Shown here in pieces: positions 56,760-64,000 of a DNA stretch of 64,000 nucleotides. Source of the DNA: Octopus sinensis (Eukaryota); contig NC_043001.1 in the NCBI RefSeq assembly GCF_006345805.1, forward strand, positions 113,708,001 through 113,772,000, given 5' to 3'. A program made the translations under genes and the position numbers. The notes under the pieces are model-generated. The model was not told where the DNA came from. It did not search any database and saw only the letters and a list, made by a program, of their open reading frames with translations. How positions within the stretch are numbered: position 1 is the first letter of the stretch; every line of letters starts with the position of its first letter.

Positions 56760-57850
56760 GCCTGTTCGGAAAGGGCCTGAGGGAGTTGACAGAATGATAG
56801 TGAGTATAGTCATAAAACTTATCAAGATTAATTTGAAATAGTATAAAGTAACTGAGGCTTGGTAAAGTAAGATCTTAAATCAAGATGTTAGTTACTCTAA
56901 TAAAACCAATGATGATAATACAGGGGAAACTTTATCATGGGGTACTATAGTTGATGCTTTAAACAATATTGTTATATTGTATAAAGATAAAATTTAGGGT
57001 TATCAAGAAAAATACTAAGAAGAATATTACAACAAAAAGGATAATTTTTGAATACTTTTGAGTATATGCCAAAATTTACAACAGTAGGAGGAGAAAAGAA
57101 ATTACATAGAATGAGTTTAATATTTATTCATATACTTAAATATTTACTTATTAGATGGTATCTATGAAGATTGATCACTGGCATTTACTGGCATTTAATA
57201 AAGGAGTACTGGGGCGATAGAACATGCTAACTATGTATTAATTATAATCTAAGGGGTATATTATAAGTTGTAAAGCTACCGGTGATGTTACATATAAGCT
57301 AATATAAATATCTAGGGGTACAAAAAATTCGGTTTAGTATGATCAAGTAGGGTAGAACACCATAGAAAGGAATAAATAGCTTAATCACTAAAACCACGAT
57401 GAAGCATATATGCCTTATTATCATCAATAGAAAAGAGAAGATTATATAGAAATTGTTTATTAATTCAATCATTTAAAAATAAATTATTTATTTATTAGGT
57501 GGTATCTATAAAGACTGATACCTGGTATTAACTAGGGGAATATTGAGGCTATAGAACATGCAAGCTCTATATTAATTACAAACAAAGTGGTATAATATAA
57601 GTTTTAAAAATTACCAATGTTAATCCATACATGATAATATAGTTTCATATGGGGTAGTTAATTAGGAGGGCTCCTTACATAAAGACCTTTATAAAAATAA
57701 ATAATATGATCAGGATGGTGGAACGCTATAGATAGGGATAAATAGATTAACTACTAAAACCATGATAAAGTTAGACTAACTAGGTAGGAATATTAATAGG
57801 ATAATATACTAACTACATGTAGCACTCTAACTTACTATACTATATAGCTT
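56760..57850 (+). pseudogene. AT-rich, purine-skewed island with a diverged ~344-bp tandem duplication and relic coding signal of unknown origin
   Basis: The units (from 57153 and 57497) differ mostly by synonymous or conservative changes in one + frame (RWYL.RLI.GI, AIEHA, N.I(E/D)R(N/D)K.(L/I)N(H/Y).NHD). Confidence 0.45.
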
Positions 57851-57900
57851 ATATTATATGCAATGTACGTTAATTCTTCATGTAACTGAATATCACCTAC

Positions 57901-57934
<34 letters not shown>

Positions 57935-57936
<2 letters not shown>

Positions 57937-58310
57937 GAAAGAATGGAGTTGAACGACGAATTAACAAAATTCCTTTATTTTATTTTCGACATATGTTTCG
58001 AAGGCTGCATTTTCCTAATTTCGAAGGAGTAAGGGGTGCATTATGCCGCCTTCTCATCAAGAAAAGTAAGGAACTTAAGTCAGCATCAAGATGCACAAAA
58101 ATATTTAGATGCCTGCCCACACGGAGCCCATAGCGTGTGGGCAGGCATCTAAAAATGTTTGTGCAAACACACAAATTTCCACACGATAGCACGTGATCTC
58201 TGCCCTAGGCATGTAGCTTCAACCGTGTTTTTCTGACGTGAATTTGCTACCCAGGTATCGGTTAACCGAATTATCCATAATAAGATAATTCATTCAACTA
58301 CTCAATTATA
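57935..58310 (-). mobile_element. Short non-autonomous Penelope/retrozyme-like element between (TA)n tracts
   Basis: Contains a hammerhead-like fold (57983-58065) and a 31-bp-stem hairpin (58093-58164); (TA)n on both sides. Confidence 0.45.
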
Positions 58311-58319
58311 ATATATATA

Positions 58320-58364
<45 letters not shown>

Positions 58365-58800
58365 ATCAGAGGGCAAGAATATACAAATCTACCACTAAAA
58401 TATTAAAAGTAAGTTTCCATCAATTCAGTTCAAGGTCAAAACCTATAAAGCGCTAATTTCGAAAATATTTAAATGTTTGGGTGACACTATGTACGCATGA
58501 TACCCTAAGGTCCAATGTATTGTTAACCAGGCTGCTCTTGTCTTTATACTTAAAAATTGAACTAATGATTGCATTGTTCAATTAAATGGAGTCGCTTGAA
58601 ACGATTGTACTGCATCACCTCTGGATATCCTGTTGCTTATTTTGATTTTATTCACCTTATTTTGAAACTGCACGGATAATTCCGCACTAATGTTTGGTGC
58701 CTGAACTTAAGTACCTAATTCATCTGAATCTCTCCCTCCCCCTTCTCTCTCTCTCACTCTTTCTCTCTCTATCTCTCTCTCTCTCACTCTTCTCTCTCTA

Positions 58801-58843
<43 letters not shown>

Positions 58844-59735
58844 GCATGTGTGTGTGTTTGTGTGTTTACTCGAACGCGTGTATATGTATATGCATGTATG
58901 TAAATATATATATATATATATTTGTGTGTGTATGAATGTATGTATATATGCATACCTGCATGCATGTATGCATGTATGTGCTTGCTTCTGTTGGTAGAAT
59001 AGCACTTCATCTATACAAAAGCACTTTTTAGTATAGTTTCCACTAAAAGCGGCGCACTTATGCTATCACTGAAGTCAAATCTCGAATATCCTTTGCTAAA
59101 ATTCGTGCATCCACTGTTAGGCCCACTTTTCTTCACACCTAGTTCCTCTTCATATGTATATTAAAGCTTTGTTCCACAAAAGGTAAAAGCTAAAATTGAA
59201 AGGTTATATTGAAGAAGACAATATTTTTTAGCAAGGTAGCTATATTTAATTATTCTTACATGCAAAACACTGTTTGTGACTTCGAAGTCTCGACTTAATT
59301 ACCGCCATTAGACCTCTTCTATCTCTTCTAATTAAACACATGTCCTCAATACCACATGCATGTGTGTGTGCGTGTGCGTTTGTGTATGTATGAATACTGT
59401 TGCCTTGCACGGTTACGATCTGGCGTTTGCAACATTTTCTTGAGAACAATCCTTTCTTAGTGCTAGGACCATAAGGGGTCTACTTCTAGCATGAATGTCC
59501 ACTTAGTGGTCATCCCTCTTATATGTATGAAATATAATTTTTCTGAATTTTCAGATTTTTCAATATGCTAGACTTTCAATATGATTTTAAATTAATATTA
59601 ATCAAATTAATATTCAATTTTTCACCCTTATTTATATATATATATATATATAATCACGCCATTTTGAAATATATATATATACACATATACATATATATAT
59701 TTGTATATATATATATATATAATATATATATATAT

Positions 59736-59790
<55 letters not shown>

Positions 59791-59834
59791 ATATATATTA
59801 TATATATAATCATATGTGTATACATGTTTATATG

Positions 59835-62484
59835 CAGGAGTGGCTGTGTGGTAAGTAGCTTTGCTAACCTCACTGACTGAAGAGTGACTTTGCTTACCGT
59901 ACTACGGTTTGGACGCGTTTTCTTCCCGGTAAGAGTTTTGCTGTGTTGTTAATTGTTGAATTCCTACTACTGAAAATTTGCCTTTAAACGTTGCTGAACT
60001 GTCTTGTTCTCCGGTTTTACCGGGAAATAATTGAATAATTTCTTACCGTTGAACTGTTAGCCATTGTGGCTTTTTATTTACGTGACTATATATAGTCCTG
60101 CCAGACTATTTTCGTGCCCCTCCCCCGAATGGGGGTGGGAATTGGAATTTTTGAACTGCTTTTTTGAACTACTTTGGAAGAAAAACTTTCTATAGGTTTC
60201 CCAGTTTTTCCACAGGGGGAACACTGGTACATTTAGACCAGTCCAAAGCATTTGATAGGGTCGACCATCGGTACCTGGCGGCGGTCCTCGGAGAGGCTGG
60301 CCTAGGCCCGACCTTTCGAGGTTGGATCGCTGCTTTGTATAGCGACATCGAGTCTGTAGTCAAGGTGAACGGTTCCTTTTCGAAGCCGTTCGGGATCGAG
60401 CGTTCAGTTCGTCAAGGGTGTCCCCTGTCCTCGCTCCTATACGTATTGGCTCTTGAGCCTTTGCTGCGGAAGTTGGAGGCACTAGGGAGCGCGCCGCATG
60501 ATTTATGGTGTGGAAGAGGAGCTACGGCGTATGCGGATGACACCTCCATCATCGTGGCAGACGAAGGCCAGCTTCCAGTGGTGGAAGAGGCCATCAAAAG
60601 CTACGAGGCGGTGGCAGGAGCAAAGGTTAACAAGGACAAATCGGTCGGTTTGCAACTCGGCACCTGGAGGGGCAAGCCGATGCCGTCCAATAACGTCGTA
60701 GGGCGTTGGACGGAAGGTCCTGTTAAGCTGCTCGGAGTCTGGTTCGGGCCAGACCTCCAGATTGAGAAAAATTGGAGTGAGGTGGCCAACAAGGTGACCG
60801 CTCTAACCCAGACCTGGTCTGGGCGGGCGTTATCCCTGCTAGGAAGGCGGAGGTGGTGCAGATGTTATAGCATCAGTAATCACCTACCGTCTGACCGTGG
60901 TGCCTTGCCCCGATTTGTGGCTGAACAAGTTGGAGAGAATCCTTTTCCGATTTTTTGGAAAGGAGGAAAGCCACTTGTAAAGCGCTCTGTCTGCTGCCAG
61001 AAACCGCTAAAGGGTGGCTAGGGATGCCTTGGCTGAGGATGCGAAAACTCGCGTTAAGGTTGACGCACCTCTGGCTTTACCTGGATGGAGAGCAGGTGTG
61101 GTCGCCGCACGTCCGGTTCTACCTTCCCCAGTTAACATCCCTAACGGATATCGGTGCATGGATCAAGCGGAGACCTAAACTGAGTGAATGGCATTTGGAG
61201 TGCCGTCAGGCGCTCAGCTACTATCTCGGGTGGCAACGCCGGCAACAGGAGTTCCACCACGGATTTCTATAGCGAGTTAGTGGAGATTAAGTCCGAAGAC
61301 GCCTTGGGGGAGACCCTGGGCTACGATGAAAATCAGTTGGTCAACCTGTTCCGGAGGACGTTCGGGCCGGGGTATCTGGATAATTACCAGAAATCCCTGG
61401 CCTGGCAGTGTTTCCGTGCGGCTTTACCTGTTCGCGACAAGCTGTCAAGGCACGGTAGTGCCGTCTCGCCGACATGCCCGCGATGTAAGCAGGATAGGGA
61501 GACCGTCTTGCACGCATTCGTGGAGTGTCCGGAGTTATCGAGACTGATAGCTTTTGTTGAACAACTGTTGTCAGTGATGGGAAGAGTACAGCTATCAGCT
61601 GAGTCTATCATCGAGATTGTGCCGCCCCCTTTCCTTAACAGGGAAAGAAAGGCTTGTTTTTTCTGTGTAGTAGCCATACTGAAAGAAACAGTATGGAAGA
61701 CGCCTACGAAAGGTATAGTGACAGGCACCTTTGTCTCCGGCCAGGGGTTGATTAACTTTTTTAGTTACCACCTCAGTAGCAAAATCAGGCTGGAGAAGAG
61801 GTGTCTGTCACGAGATATGTTTGTGAAAAGATGGAAGCCTGTGGCATACAAGATAGGTATGTTTGGCACCAGGTAAGTGTGACCGGATCAGAAAGTAAAG
61901 GTTCTACCCGGATGGCTGGGTGTCCGTCCTTCGACATGATCATTAATATTTTTAAACATTGCCTTCGTAAAATTCATTGTTTATAATCTTATCCGTAATT
62001 TCATTCGAAAATTGTAACTGTGTTAAGCTACTTCACCCTTTATATTTGTCTGTCCTTGTTTGTCCCCTCTTTCTAAATGCCTAAATGGCAAATTATATGA
62101 AATAAAGTAGTTTGCTAACCAACCACATGGTTCCGGGTTCAGTCCCACTGCGTGGCACCTTGGGCAAGTGTCTTCTGCTATAGCTCCGGGCCGACCAATG
62201 CCTTGTGAGTGGATTTGGTAGACGGAAACTGAAAGAAGCCTGTCGTATATATGTATATATATGTGTGTATGTGTGTGTGTTTGTGTGTGTTTGTACCCCT
62301 AGCATTGCTTGACAACCGATCCTGGTGTGTTTACGTCCCCGTCACTTAGCGGTTCGGCAAAAGAGACCGATAGAATAAGTACTGGGCTTACAAAGAATAA
62401 GTCCCGGGGTCGATTTGCTCGACTAAAGGCGGTGCTCCAGCATGACCGCAGAGAAATGACTGAAACAAGTAAAAGAGTAAGAGT
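59835..62484 (+). mobile_element. tRNA-derived SINE family B, split by a Tx1 insertion (59835-59869 + 62105-62484)
   Basis: A-box-like TGGCTGTGTGG (59841) lies left of the insertion and B-box-like GGGTTCAGTCCC lies right of it. The body follows, with ccttgggcaagt and an internal (TA/TG)n. Confidence 0.88.
59870..62104 (+). mobile_element. Tx1-clade LINE copy E, internally deleted (5' UTR-like segment fused to the RT 3' half)
   Basis: RT homology starts at about 60215 ([48 protein letters not shown]); stop at 61876; AATAAA at 62101; 16-17 bp TSD. Confidence 0.9.
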
Positions 62485-62842
62485 ATATATATATATACAT
62501 ACATACACAAACACACACACACACACACACACATACATACATACATACATACATACATACATACATACATACATACATACATACATGCATGCATGCATGC
62601 AGAGATAATGTTGCAAGTAAAGAGGTTTATTTGCATCCTTATCTCCATATCTGCTCACCTGGAAATCCCAATTTAACCACTCTTAACCCTGCGGATTTAG
62701 TCCTCGGTAAAGATTTCGGAGTGTAAGTTCAAATGATTTCAGAGCTACAAAGTGTTTTCTATCTCTGTATCTCATCTGTTGATTCTATATATACAAATAC
62801 AGATACACACTAACACACACACACAGATATATATGGTGAGGA

Positions 62843-62894
<52 letters not shown>

Positions 62895-63129
62895 AGGGTA
62901 AGAAGGAACAGTAACAGTTGTGTAAATTTTCATTAGCTCATCCATCGCCACGCCGCTACATCAAACCATTTTTGTTTTCCTATTTATGCTAAAAAAGATT
63001 AAAATTAGTATTTCTAGCTTCGATTTTATTTTATCTTTTTTGAATTTTTTTTGTTTTGTTTTTCATTTCTCGTATTTTAGATCTTTTATATCGCCTTAAA
63101 GTACTCTGTAAGCTATACAACATCTTCAT

Positions 63130-63903
63130 TTTCTACACCACGCTGACGACGACGATGACGACGATGACGATGATGATGATAATGATGATCGTCTTCATCA
63201 TCCATATCATTATCATTAGCATCCTCCCCTTCATCTTTCTGCTCCTCCTCATCATCTTCCTTTTCCTCTGCCTCCCCATCCTCCTCCTCCCCTTCTTCTC
63301 CTCCTTCTTTTCCGCCTTCTGCTCTTCATCACCATGATGATCATCTTACTGCTTTATTAGTACTATCGCTGCTGATGTAGTTTTTATTGCTGTGTCGATG
63401 GCCGTCACTGGGGTTATTGTTGTTGGTGCTGTTGTTGTTGTTGTTGGTGGTGGTGGTGGCAGTGGTGGTGGTGCTGGGGCTGATGGTGTTATTATTTTTT
63501 AAAGCGATTTCTCTGTGTAGGTGTTACATAGCACTCAACCATTCATAAATGATAAGAGATTTATTGTTCTTATGCTTCTTGATTGCTTTAATAACAACAA
63601 CAATAACAACGACGACGACAATGATGTTGATGATTATGATGATGGTGATGATGACGACCACGACGACAACGATGATGATGATGATGATAATGATGATGAT
63701 GGTGTTTATATATATTTAAATCGGTATTGGTAATTGTCAGGGGCATTTCTGTATATCGTCACTGCCATCATCATCATTGTCATCATTATCGTCGTCATCA
63801 TCGTCGTCATCATCATCGTCATCATCATCATCATTGTCATTTTCATCATCGTCATCATCATCATTGTCATCTTAATCATCGTCATCATCATCATTGTCAT
63901 CAC

Positions 63904-63942
<39 letters not shown>

Positions 63943-64000
63943 AAGCATCATTACAACCACAAATCACCAACGCAATCAGCACCACCACCGCCACCACCCC
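63130..64000. repeat. Degenerate (GAT/CAT/GAC)n trinucleotide tracts
   Basis: Direct reading. Confidence 0.85.

Noticed and set aside
57140-57180. IYLLDGIYED resembling PIF/Harbinger YYLADGIY or MORN-type repeats
   Set aside because: It lies in a different frame from the one showing synonymous bias, and the match is too short.
56760-57850. NUMT interpretation of the island
   Set aside because: No frame on either strand gave a recognisable mitochondrial protein under the invertebrate mitochondrial code; not formally excluded without BLAST.

Overview
This is AT-rich, microsatellite-saturated animal DNA with no recognisable host gene. The SINE families and the (CATA)n/(TATC)n/(TA)n profile resemble octopus/cephalopod DNA (recognition from memory, not verified). 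The main structure is a 15.4-kb head-to-tail array (35378-50801) of four L1/Tx1-clade non-LTR retrotransposons: two near full length, two 5'-truncated, from three subfamilies. Every junction in the array lies in (TATC)n microsatellite, which points to a (TATC)n/(GATA)n-targeting Tx1 group. A fifth, internally deleted Tx1 (59870-62104) sits inside the tRNA-derived head of a SINE with a 16-17 bp target-site duplication. Its 3' UTR shares 24/24 nt with the 3' tail of a second tRNA-SINE family, suggesting a Tx1-SINE partnership. Also present: R4/Dong-like, other RLE-type, RTE and Gypsy relics; a foldback element with a TTAGGG core; several Penelope-type hammerhead-like folds; and a 1.1-kb AT-rich island whose internal tandem duplicate shows a coding-type substitution pattern with conserved in-frame TAA/TAG. 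The long ORFs in the track over (CATA)n, (TATC)n and (TA)n are artefacts. All alignments were done by eye; no searches were run.
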